Source: a virus
Lineage: Duplodnaviria; Heunggongvirae; Uroviricota; Caudoviricetes
Reading direction: 5' to 3' (one strand)
IMG/VR virus record: IMGVR_UViG_3300032315_001694
Length of the DNA: 64,000 bases
Of this stretch, positions 46,140-53,439 are shown one piece after another. Position 1 is the first letter of the stretch; each line of letters starts with the position of its first letter. The position numbers were made by a program, and so were the translations under genes. The notes under the pieces were generated by a model. The model did no database searches, was not told where the DNA came from, and worked only from the letters and a program-made list of their open reading frames with translations.

Positions 46140-46698
46140 TAACCTTTAACTTTGAAATTAACTTTTTGTAATCAGATTGATACCTTTCAAATTCTTCCTC
46201 TGAATATTCCCAAGTGAATTCAGACCTTAAATCTAAATTCTTTAATACAGAAATAATTTTCATTACATCTTTCCTGTTCTTAAATTTAAGTAGTTTCAAA
46301 TCATAAAGTTCTTCCATAGCCTCTTCACTGTAACCATATAATTCTACTTTATCTTTATTTGTATCATATTCAAAAGATATTGGACAGAAAATAGTATCAC
46401 CATCCCATTCTTCAGGAAATTGAAAGAATAAAGGCACAGTAAGATTTTCATAATCATTATCTAAGTAAGTGTCCCAACTCATTCCAAAATCAAATCCAGC
46501 AAACTTAGCTTTAACTTCATTCTGAAATTCAACTTCACCAATTCCATATTTTTCCGACTCACGAACTATCATATCTTCAGAATGTGAAAATAGTTTCTTT
46601 GCTCTTTCACCGTGACCCATTTTTTTTAGTTTATAACTAGCACTTCTATAAGTATTAGGTTTTAACTCTTCATTAAATTGTTGCCATCTTTTAATCAT
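46123..46698 (-). CDS. N-motif family paralog (MIKRWQQFNEEL)
   Basis: Signature variant. Confidence 0.5.
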   Translation of the reverse strand: MIKRWQQFNEELKPNTYRSASYKLKKMGHGERAKKLFSHSEDMIVRESEKYGIGEVEFQNEVKAKFAGFDFGMSWDTYLDNDYENLTVPLFFQFPEEWDGDTIFCPISFEYDTNKDKVELYGYSEEAMEELYDLKLLKFKNRKDVMKIISVLKNLDLRSEFTWEYSEEEFERYQSDYKKLISKLKVNDLYV

Positions 46699-46772
46699 AT
46701 CATAAATTTCATTTTTATTATATATTAAACTTCTTATCTAATTTTTAATAGAAATAAAAAATATACTCTAAA

Positions 46773-47189
46773 ATGATTAAACAAGGAAATACCGTAAAGG
46801 TACATTACACAGGTAGATTAGAAGATAATTCAGTATTCGATTCTTCTAACGGCAGAGAGCCAATTGAGTTTGAAGTTGGTACTCAACAAGTAATCGAAGG
46901 ATTTGAAACAGCAGTTATCGGCCTTAACAAAGGCGAAAAAACTACTGTGACTATTCCTTCTGATAAAGCTTATGGAGAGTCAAGAAATGAACTTATCCAA
47001 CAAATACCAAGAAGCCAAGTTCCACAAGATGTAACAGTTGGTTCACAATTACAAGGCGTAGATCCTCAAGGACAACCATTCACGGTAACCGTAACTGATG
47101 TTAATGAGAGTTTTGTAACTATTGATGCTAATCATCCACTAGCTGGAAAAACTCTTATATTCGATCTAGAGGTAGTTGATTTCGTGTAA
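46773..47189 (+). CDS. FKBP-type peptidyl-prolyl cis-trans isomerase (SlyD/FkpB-like)
   Basis: GNTVKVHYTGRLEDNSVFDSS...EFEVGTQQVIEGFETAVIGLNKGEKTTVTIPSDKAYGE plus IF-domain insert. Confidence 0.7.
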   Translation: MIKQGNTVKVHYTGRLEDNSVFDSSNGREPIEFEVGTQQVIEGFETAVIGLNKGEKTTVTIPSDKAYGESRNELIQQIPRSQVPQDVTVGSQLQGVDPQGQPFTVTVTDVNESFVTIDANHPLAGKTLIFDLEVVDFV

Positions 47190-47415
47190 TATGAAGAAAA
47201 GCAATTGGCAAGATTGGGCTTCAGTAGTTCTCCTACTAATAGGTGCCACTCTATTAGCTTTGAATATATCATCAACTAAATGGGCTTTTCCCATACTAGG
47301 AGTAGCCAGAGTTTGGTTATCATACTTAATGTATAAAAGAAGAGATTGGCCTCTTTTTACAATGAATATATTCTATGTTATTGTTGATATTATAGGAATA
47401 ATAAGATGGTTTTAA
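47176..47415 (+). CDS. small two-TM membrane protein
   Basis: 79 aa, two hydrophobic helices. Confidence 0.3.
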   Translation: MISCNMKKSNWQDWASVVLLLIGATLLALNISSTKWAFPILGVARVWLSYLMYKRRDWPLFTMNIFYVIVDIIGIIRWF

Positions 47416-47471
47416 AGATGAATATAAAAAAACCTCTGATTTCTCAGAGGTTTTTTCTTTTAATATTATAT

Positions 47472-49016
47472 TTAGTTACAATCGTAACAACTAATATTAC
47501 CTCGACCGTCACAATTTCCACATTCAAAATTACCTCGACCACGACAGTCAGAGCATTCTATTTCTCCATTTCCATTACAGTCTTCACAATTGTTATTTCC
47601 GTTTCCTGAGCAATCTGGACATTCTATTTCATTTCCTTCTTCATCTTCAATGTTTCCTGATCCATCACAGTTGCTACATTCAATATCACCTGATCCTGAA
47701 CAATCATTACAACTAATTTCACCTGATCCTGAACACTCATCACAATCAACTTCACCATTTCCATAACAATCGCTACATTCAATCTCACCATTACCACCAC
47801 AAGTTTCACAAGATGATGAGTGACCACCACCAGTATCTTCTAATGTTACATAGTCTCCTCTTTGTTGTTCACTACTTAATATTCCTCTACCTTCTTGAAA
47901 ATATTTCAAAGTATCTAAGTAAGGATAGTTTGAGTAATCTTTTTTATCTAAATTTACAGTTAAATCTAAATTAACATTTGATCCATCTGGAGCATAAGCT
48001 TTATTATTACCACCACTATTGTTATAGTATTTAGAATACCAACCATTTTCTTTTGCATAATCTCTAAATAATTGAACATCTGAATCATTTATTACATAGA
48101 TTCTATCCATGAATTTTTTACCATCAGTTAGAGTCCAAAGTAAAGCTCTTCCTGTTATTTTATCTGGATCATCTTGTGATTTGAATATAACTAAACTAAC
48201 TTGTTCTGGATTAGCAGTATAAATTTCTAACCAACTCTTTGAGGCAACTGCCATACAAGATGAACCTAAAGTACCAGATCTTTGGTAATATCTATCATAA
48301 TGATACCAATAAGCTATATCAGATCCTTTTACTTCTTCAAAGAAAGAAAACTTATCATTTAATTTATCAATAGTTGCTTTGTAAAGATTTACAAATAATT
48401 CAAGATCTTTATCCGTAAACGCGCCAATTAGAGAAGGTGTAGTAACAGCAGCAGCTTTTAAAAGAGCTCTTACACCTCTACCTACTCCAATTTCTTGTCT
48501 GTTTTTAGACCATACTTGTTTTAACTTCTCATCAACACTTCTTAATTTTTCTACATTATAAACACCTTGTCCATCTGTAAATTTAATCCAAGCATAAGTT
48601 TTACCTGATGTTTCAGAAGTTATTTTTTTAATAACCTCACCTATTTCAGTTGAGTTTGGTGTATAAACATCACCTTCAGGTACATATCCTAGTTTATCAA
48701 ATAATTCTTGATTAGACTCAGAGTGTTTTAACCAACCACCACCAGATCCTACGAATCTAACAGTTTCTTTAGTATCACCAAGTATTTCTTGTGCCTTTCT
48801 ATCTGGTGTGAATGATATTTTATCATTCTTACTTAAATCTATATCAAAATAGTTTGATTGTGTAGTAATGTCTTTATTTTCAGTATCTAATAAAGCTTTA
48901 GAAATTGGATGGTCTATTTTAGTAAGTGCTTTTCTAAATTTATCAGAGAAAATCACATCAGATTCTAGTACTAATTCCAATGATTCATTAATGAAGTCTG
49001 AATATCTTTTTAACAT
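47472..49016 (-). CDS. N-motif family paralog (MLKRYSDFINES) with C-terminal array of about 12 CxxCxGxG zinc-finger-like repeats
   Basis: N-terminal signature; body homologous to 31105..32973; C-terminus CETCGGNGEIECSDCYGNGEVDCDECSGSGEISCNDCSGSGDIECSNCDGSG... is DnaJ-type CxxCxGxG periodicity. Confidence 0.55.
   Translation of the reverse strand: MLKRYSDFINESLELVLESDVIFSDKFRKALTKIDHPISKALLDTENKDITTQSNYFDIDLSKNDKISFTPDRKAQEILGDTKETVRFVGSGGGWLKHSESNQELFDKLGYVPEGDVYTPNSTEIGEVIKKITSETSGKTYAWIKFTDGQGVYNVEKLRSVDEKLKQVWSKNRQEIGVGRGVRALLKAAAVTTPSLIGAFTDKDLELFVNLYKATIDKLNDKFSFFEEVKGSDIAYWYHYDRYYQRSGTLGSSCMAVASKSWLEIYTANPEQVSLVIFKSQDDPDKITGRALLWTLTDGKKFMDRIYVINDSDVQLFRDYAKENGWYSKYYNNSGGNNKAYAPDGSNVNLDLTVNLDKKDYSNYPYLDTLKYFQEGRGILSSEQQRGDYVTLEDTGGGHSSSCETCGGNGEIECSDCYGNGEVDCDECSGSGEISCNDCSGSGDIECSNCDGSGNIEDEEGNEIECPDCSGNGNNNCEDCNGNGEIECSDCRGRGNFECGNCDGRGNISCYDCN
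47480..47830. repeat. about 24-nt periodic repeats encoding CxxCxGxG modules
   Basis: Reiterated tg(t/c)...gg(a/t)aatgg / gattgtga motifs visible at DNA level. Confidence 0.6.
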
Positions 49017-49222
49017 ATTAAAAATTTAATTTTATTTATAAGGTTATATATTAAATATATAAAGTAGTGATTTTATGGCTGAAATAACAAGAGCCGCTTA
49101 TTGATACAAAAGTGAATTTGCCATATTATGACGAATTCAATCTTCACATAAATATCAACTGACGAATTGGGCGACAATCTTCAAAAAATATAAAAATATT
49201 AGGATAATTTAAAACTTATTCC

Positions 49223-49230
49223 TATATTTG
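49223..49230 (+). promoter_or_regulatory. TAtaTTTG -7 promoter element at the head of a 750-nt noncoding region preceding the tRNA array
   Basis: cctatatttgtaatac; a second TAtcTTTG lies near 49376. Confidence 0.35.
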
Positions 49231-49571
49231 TAATACAAACCTCAATTCGGTTTACGGAGTCCTAAGATAGAAATATCGGAAAAGATACGCAAGACCTCGT
49301 GAAAGTAAAGGCGTAAATTGAATTGATTTTTAAAAAATATTTACAAAAAAGTTTGGTGGTGTAAAAAATCCACCTTATCTTTGTAAAAGAAATCAAAATT
49401 AACAAAAAGGGACTTAAATCCTATAATATATACTGAAATGAAAAATCTAAATCTAAATATGAATAATCTCTTGAACATGGTGAATACGTTATGTATTAGA
49501 ACCAAGAGTTCGGGTTATGCCAAATTTAGATTTATGTAAATGACTGTACACAAAAACTAAACCTAACAAAA

Positions 49572-49607
49572 AACCCGAACTCGTAAAAAAGTTCGGGTTT
49601 TTTTGTT
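49572..49607 (+). terminator. rho-independent terminator (aacccgaac/gttcgggtt plus T7)
   Basis: 9-bp stem followed by tttttttg; upstream copy of agttcgggtt at 49509-49518 could form an alternative pairing. Confidence 0.55.
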
Positions 49608-49765
49608 TTAAACAATATTAAAAAAATAACAATGAAAATTATAATGATAAACGGTAAAGTTTTCGCTAAAGTTAAAATGACTTCTGAGAATATTGAAAGA
49701 TGTTTTCCAATGGCGAAAAAAATCATAGAGATTCCAGGGGGATGGAATATCGTGATATAAAAAGA

Positions 49766-49855
49766 GGTCCTGTGGCGAAAATGGCAGAAACGCATCAGAC
49801 TTAAAATCTGATACCCAAGAGGTAAACGTTGTGGGTTCGACTCCCACCAGGATCA
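49766..49855 (+). tRNA. tRNA-Leu (anticodon TAA), type II
   Basis: Acceptor ggtcctg/caggatc; Leu-type D-arm gtggcgaaaatggcagaaacgc; anticodon stem tcaga/tctga with loop cttaaaa; 19-nt variable arm; T-arm gtggg-ttcgact-cccac. Confidence 0.65.
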
Positions 49856-49920
49856 CAAATGTGAGAGACCGTTTTTAGTTTTTAACAGGACACAAGAGTG
49901 GAATCGTAGAAAACTAAATT

Positions 49921-50003
49921 GGCCGAGTGGTGTAATGGCAGCCACGCCAGTCTAAGAATCTGGTGTCCGTGAGGACGTGAGAGTTCAAGTCTCTCCTTGG
50001 TCA
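49921..50003 (+). tRNA. type II tRNA (Leu/Ser-like); anticodon loop ctaagaa, assignment ambiguous
   Basis: Acceptor ggccgag/cttggtc (two G-U pairs); long variable arm with gtcc/ggac stem; T-arm gagag-ttcaagt-ctctc; anticodon stem has a T-T mismatch. Confidence 0.45.
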
Positions 50004-50021
50004 CAGAGTTGTTTTAAAAAT

Positions 50022-50100
50022 GCACCCGTAATCGAGGCTTCCTTCTAAGTTGCTAATCGTAGCGGAATTGAAAACGTGGGTTCGAATCCCTCCGGGTGTT
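50022..50100 (+). tRNA. tRNA-like element with canonical acceptor and T-arm but interior that does not fold into a standard D/anticodon cloverleaf by eye
   Basis: gcacccg/cgggtgt acceptor pairing 79 nt apart; T-arm gtgggttcgaatccctc. Confidence 0.3.
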
Positions 50101-50110
50101 CAAAAAATAT

Positions 50111-50191
50111 TGGTGGATAGCATAGCGGTTCATGCATCAGACTGTTAATCTGAGACTTAGGTCAACGTGGGTTCGAATCCCACTCCATCAG
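50111..50191 (+). tRNA. tRNA-Asn (anticodon GTT) with 13-nt variable region
   Basis: Acceptor tggtgga/tccatca; D-stem gcat/atgc; anticodon stem tcaga/tctga, loop ctGTTaa; T-arm gtggg-ttcgaat-cccac. Confidence 0.6.
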
Positions 50192-50200
50192 CTGAAAATA

Positions 50201-50282
50201 CGGCAAATACCAGCACATCCTGATAAGATGTAGAACTGTAATTGGTAAGTTGAAAATGTGGGTTCGAATCCCTCTTTGCCGA
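50201..50282 (+). tRNA. tRNA-like element, noncanonical interior (same architecture as 50022..50100)
   Basis: cggcaaa/tttgccg perfect 7-bp acceptor; identical T-arm gtgggttcgaatccctc; shared ttgaaaa motif before the T-stem. Confidence 0.3.
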
Positions 50283-50291
50283 CAAAAATAT

Positions 50292-50362
50292 TCCTCAGAA
50301 GCTCAGTGGCGAGCAACGTTCTGTTAAATCGTAGGAAGTCGGATCGTAACCGGCCTGGGGAG
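50292..50362 (+). tRNA. tRNA with anticodon loop ctGTTaa (Asn-like), imperfect anticodon stem
   Basis: Acceptor tcctcag/ctgggga; D-arm gctc-agtggc-gagc; T-arm gtcgg-atcgtaa-ccggc. Confidence 0.4.
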
Positions 50363-50369
50363 CAAAAAA

Positions 50370-50454
50370 GCATAGATGTCCGAGTGGCGAAGGATACGGT
50401 CTGCAAAACCGTAAGTTTAAATACTCATCGGGGGTTCGAGTCCCTCTCTATGCT
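50370..50454 (+). tRNA. tRNA-Cys (anticodon GCA) with unusual 17-nt variable region
   Basis: Acceptor gcataga/tctatgc; anticodon stem acggt/accgt, loop ctGCAaa; T-arm ggggg-ttcgagt-ccctc. Confidence 0.5.
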
Positions 50455-50462
50455 CAAAGTAT

Positions 50463-50548
50463 AGTCCTGTAGCTCAGTTGGTTGAGAGCGCTTGTTTTAC
50501 ACACAAGAGGCCACAAGGTTAACATCGGTTCGAATCCGGTCAGGACTA
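50463..50548 (+). tRNA. tRNA-Val (anticodon TAC) with 16-nt variable region
   Basis: Acceptor agtcctg/caggact; D-arm gctc-agttggttga-gagc; anticodon stem cttgt/acaag, loop ttTACac; T-arm atcgg-ttcgaat-ccggt. Confidence 0.55.
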
Positions 50549-50554
50549 CAAAAT

Positions 50555-50627
50555 TGTCAGTTAGCTCATTTGGTAGAGCACCACTCTGATAAAGTGGAGG
50601 TGCCGGGATCGTAACCCGGACTGACAA
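50555..50627 (+). tRNA. tRNA-Ile (anticodon GAT)
   Basis: Acceptor tgtcagt/actgaca; D-arm gctc-atttggta-gagc; anticodon stem ccact/agtgg, loop ctGATaa; 5-nt variable; T-arm ccggg-atcgtaa-cccgg. Confidence 0.7.
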
Positions 50628-50633
50628 CAATAA

Positions 50634-50714
50634 GCCAAGGTGGGACAGTGGTTGACTCCACCTCACTTGTAATGAGGAACACAAACATCGTCGGTTCGAA
50701 TCCGACCCTTGGCT
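50634..50714 (+). tRNA. tRNA-Thr (anticodon TGT) with 12-nt variable region
   Basis: Acceptor gccaagg/ccttggc; anticodon stem cctca/tgagg, loop ctTGTaa; T-arm gtcgg-ttcgaat-ccgac. Confidence 0.55.
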
Positions 50715-50721
50715 CAAAAAT

Positions 50722-50795
50722 AGTTCTGTAGCTCAGTTGGTTAGAGCGTTTGGTCGACATCCAAAAGGTCACTGGTTCGAATCCAGTTAGGACTA
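50722..50795 (+). tRNA. tRNA-Val (anticodon GAC)
   Basis: Acceptor agttctg/taggact; D-arm gctc-agttggtta-gagc; anticodon stem tttgg/ccaaa, loop tcGACat; T-arm actgg-ttcgaat-ccagt. Confidence 0.65.
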
Positions 50796-50803
50796 CAAAA
50801 AAT

Positions 50804-50876
50804 GCTGAGGTCGTATAAATGGCTATTACACACCGTTGGTATCGGTGCGACACCGGATCGTTACCGGTCTTCAGCT
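50804..50876 (+). tRNA. tRNA-Thr (anticodon GGT)
   Basis: Acceptor gctgagg/cttcagc; anticodon stem caccg/cggtg, loop ttGGTat; T-arm accgg-atcgtta-ccggt. Confidence 0.6.
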
Positions 50877-50881
50877 CAAAT

Positions 50882-50953
50882 GCTCTTGTAGCCCAATGTA
50901 GAGGCATACGCCTTAGAAGCGTAGTAGTATCGGTTCGATCCCGTTCAGGAGCA
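50882..50953 (+). tRNA. tRNA with anticodon TAG (Leu codon CUA) but short variable loop (class I body)
   Basis: Acceptor gctcttg/caggagc; anticodon stem tacgc/gcgta, loop ctTAGaa; 5-nt variable; T-arm atcgg-ttcgatc-ccgtt (one mismatch). Confidence 0.45.
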
Positions 50954-50958
50954 CAATT

Positions 50959-51034
50959 GCAGAAGTGGCGAAATTGGTAGTACGCGCTGAGCTCAAACCT
51001 CAGTTTTTTGTGGGTTCGAATCCCACCTTCTGTA
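50959..51034 (+). tRNA. tRNA-Leu-like (anticodon CAA) with Leu-type D-arm but short variable loop
   Basis: Acceptor gcagaag/cttctgt; D-arm gtggcgaaattggtagtacgc; anticodon stem ctgag/ctcag, loop ctCAAac; T-arm gtggg-ttcgaat-cccac. Confidence 0.5.
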
Positions 51035-51072
51035 CACGGTTAATGGAGTTCGAATGTTTTATATATACTATT

Positions 51073-51591
51073 ATGAAAGAAAAAATACTTGAACTGAGAA
51101 AAAATGGATTGAGTTATGTTGAAATACAAAAACAACTTGGATGTTCTAAATCAACTATATCCTATAACTGTAAAAAAAATGGACTGACTGATATAGGATT
51201 AAAAGATAAAAAAAGAAAATTAAGAGGAACAAAGATTTGTGAAAATTGTAATATAGAGTTTAGCTTAACTGGTATATCTAAAGATAGGATATTTTGTTGT
51301 AAAGAGTGCTATAACAAAAGTGAAAAGAAAAGAAAAGAGGGTAGAAATTTCGGATTATATTCATCACAAATACAAAAAGAAAGAAGAAGAAGTAAAAACG
51401 AAATTTATTTTTTTGAGCTGTGTAAGGAAAAATATGAAGAAGTGTTAAGTAATGAAGCAATTTTTAATGGGTGGGACGCTGATGTAATAATTGTAAATTA
51501 TAAAGTTGCTATTTTATGGAATGGAAAATGGCATTATGAAAAAATAAAAAACAACACTCTGTTAAGCAAGTTCAGAACAGAGATTCTTTAA
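51073..51591 (+). CDS. HTH plus Vsr/DUF559-like endonuclease (freestanding homing-endonuclease-like gene inside the tRNA array)
   Basis: N-terminal HTH (LSYVEIQKQLGCSKSTISY); Cys4 region; C-terminal DADVIIVNYKVAILWNGKWH resembles the Vsr/DUF559 core. The tracked ORF start at 50965 overlaps a tRNA, so the Met at 51073 is used. Confidence 0.5.
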   Translation: MKEKILELRKNGLSYVEIQKQLGCSKSTISYNCKKNGLTDIGLKDKKRKLRGTKICENCNIEFSLTGISKDRIFCCKECYNKSEKKRKEGRNFGLYSSQIQKERRRSKNEIYFFELCKEKYEEVLSNEAIFNGWDADVIIVNYKVAILWNGKWHYEKIKNNTLLSKFRTEIL

Positions 51592-51690
51592 AAATTAAAG
51601 AAATAAAATCTTGTGGATATTTACCATATGTTATTAAAGATATGGGTCGAGAAAATAAAGATTTTGTTAAAAGTGAATTTGAAAAATTAA

Positions 51691-51767
51691 CCGGATATAT
51701 ATCCTCGCTCTCATAAGGCGTAGAAAGATTAGTTGGCTTCACGGTGGTTCGATTCCACCTATCCGGA
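51691..51767 (+). tRNA. tRNA-like element with canonical acceptor and T-arm, noncanonical interior
   Basis: ccggata/tatccgg perfect acceptor; T-arm ggtgg-ttcgatt-ccacc. Confidence 0.3.
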
Positions 51768-51772
51768 CAAGT

Positions 51773-51843
51773 GGTTCCATAGTTTAATGAAAAACCTCTC
51801 GGTCCTAACGAGAGATATACGAGTTCAAATCTCGTTGGAACCC
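51773..51843 (+). tRNA. tRNA-Arg (anticodon CCT)
   Basis: Acceptor ggttcca/tggaacc; D-arm gttt-aatgaa-aaac; anticodon stem tctcg/cgaga, loop gtCCTaa; T-arm acgag-ttcaaat-ctcgt. Confidence 0.6.
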
Positions 51844-51866
51844 CTCGATAACAAAAAATAAAAATT

Positions 51867-52121
51867 ATGGAAAAACGAATCGACATTGTTAGAGATAACA
51901 CTGCAAAATTCCTACACGCAGTAGGAGGAGTCTTGTATTACAGGATTGAAACACAAAAAATGGTCTATATCTTCCCAATAGATATGAATGATAAAGAAGA
52001 TGTAGGATCAGCTAAATTTGAACCAGAACATAAGGCTATTTATCTTATGAGATATTTAAATAAAGCTATAGAAAATAACTCATTAATTTCTTATGAAAAG
52101 AAAAATACAGTATCTTTGTAA
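51867..52121 (+). CDS. hypothetical protein
   Basis: 84 aa between tRNAs and the synthetase genes. Confidence 0.35.
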   Translation: MEKRIDIVRDNTAKFLHAVGGVLYYRIETQKMVYIFPIDMNDKEDVGSAKFEPEHKAIYLMRYLNKAIENNSLISYEKKNTVSL

Positions 52122-52200
52122 AATGAAACAAATTGTAAACAGAAATAGAAATAACCGAACAGATTCCGTCTGATTAGGATATTTTTGCTCTAAAAAATAA

Positions 52201-52236
52201 CCCCATCAGATAAACTGATGGGGTTTTTTATTTTTA
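52201..52236 (+). terminator. rho-independent terminator (ccccatcag/ctgatgggg plus T-run)
   Basis: 9-bp stem, 5-nt loop, tttttt. Confidence 0.6.
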
Positions 52237-52258
52237 AAAAAATTAAAAAAGAAAGAAC

Positions 52259-53434
52259 ATGAAAATAGATATTAATAAAATTAAATTGACACCAGAAAAT
52301 TTAGGATTCAATTTTTGCCAATTTGGAAATCTAACAGATGAAATTTCAGAATGGGTTAACTATTGGGGATTTAAAACACAAAATTCAGTACAATTCACCA
52401 ATATATTAATTGATGAATCTACTAATTTTGATGAAATATTTAATTTACCAATTCAATATGAATGGATTGATGGGTTTAGTCCGAATCTAAACAAACATCT
52501 TCATATTGGACATTTATCAAATCTTGTAATAGCAAATGCTATTCAAAAATTAAATATTGGTAATAAATTTATAGCAATATTAGGAGATACTTTGGATGGA
52601 AATGTAAAGAAAACAGACGCGTTAAACTCATATTTAAACCATTGTAAAAACTTTGGATATCAAATAGATGAAACAGTATATGCTTCTAGTATGAAAATAA
52701 AGAATGATATATTAAAAGAAGGTGAAGGTGATTATTTAGGATCCAAAGTTTTTGATTTAGGTGATGAAAAAATTGTTGGAATTAAAAGTTCAGGAATGAC
52801 AACTTATTTCTATCAAGATGTTGCTTTAGCTGAATATCTTAATTCATCAACTCTATATCTAACAGGATTTGAACAAGATAATCACTTTAAATCTTTAAAG
52901 AAATTATTTCCTCAAACAAACCATATTGGATTAGGATTAGTCCAATTAGGTGGTAAAAAAATGAGTAGTAGTGAGGGGAATATAATTTATTTAGACGATT
53001 TTATAAATCATCTATTACAACTATTTAATAATGATATTCACTTGGTTTATAATATTTTAGCTGGTCAGATTTTAAAATCATCACCCGGAAGTAATAAAAC
53101 AATTGATATGAATTTAATTTCAAATCCGAAATTGTCATTGGGACTTTATTTAAGCTACACATTAGCACATATTAAGAGTTGTGGAGTTGAAACTAAAAAT
53201 ATAAATCAATACGAATCAAAAGAATTACAATTTGCTCATTTAAAATCCAAAATAAACTTAACACCAAATATTCTTTTTGAATCTTTGGTTAAACACTCAA
53301 AAAAAATTAATAAACTATATGAAACGCATTATATAAAAGACAATCAGGACAATATTGAATTGTTTTCAAATCTTATCTCAGATTTGGAATTTGGAATGAA
53401 AAATCTTGGAATGTTTTCAATAAAAAAAGTATAA
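52259..53434 (+). CDS. class I aminoacyl-tRNA synthetase catalytic core, arginyl-tRNA-synthetase-like (truncated; no obvious anticodon-binding domain)
   Basis: DGFSPNLNKHLHIGHLSNLVIANAI matches the ArgRS signature (SPN-x-AK-x-x-H-x-GHLRS-x-x-IG); KMSSS (KMSKS-like) at GGKKMSSSEGN; only 391 aa. Confidence 0.5.
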   Translation: MKIDINKIKLTPENLGFNFCQFGNLTDEISEWVNYWGFKTQNSVQFTNILIDESTNFDEIFNLPIQYEWIDGFSPNLNKHLHIGHLSNLVIANAIQKLNIGNKFIAILGDTLDGNVKKTDALNSYLNHCKNFGYQIDETVYASSMKIKNDILKEGEGDYLGSKVFDLGDEKIVGIKSSGMTTYFYQDVALAEYLNSSTLYLTGFEQDNHFKSLKKLFPQTNHIGLGLVQLGGKKMSSSEGNIIYLDDFINHLLQLFNNDIHLVYNILAGQILKSSPGSNKTIDMNLISNPKLSLGLYLSYTLAHIKSCGVETKNINQYESKELQFAHLKSKINLTPNILFESLVKHSKKINKLYETHYIKDNQDNIELFSNLISDLEFGMKNLGMFSIKKV

Positions 53435-53439
53435 AAATT

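Noticed and set aside
49532-50907. Six overlapping ORFs (49532..49795, 49608..49856, 50188..50406, 50258..50464, 50454..50717, 50566..50907) across the tRNA array
   Set aside because: They are translations of tRNA genes and spacers (recurrent GFEP motifs from the GGTTCGAATCC T-loops). Not coding.
50965-51072. N-terminal 36 codons of tracked ORF 50965..51591
   Set aside because: They overlap tRNA 50959..51034. The gene most likely starts at the Met at 51073 (MKEKILEL...).
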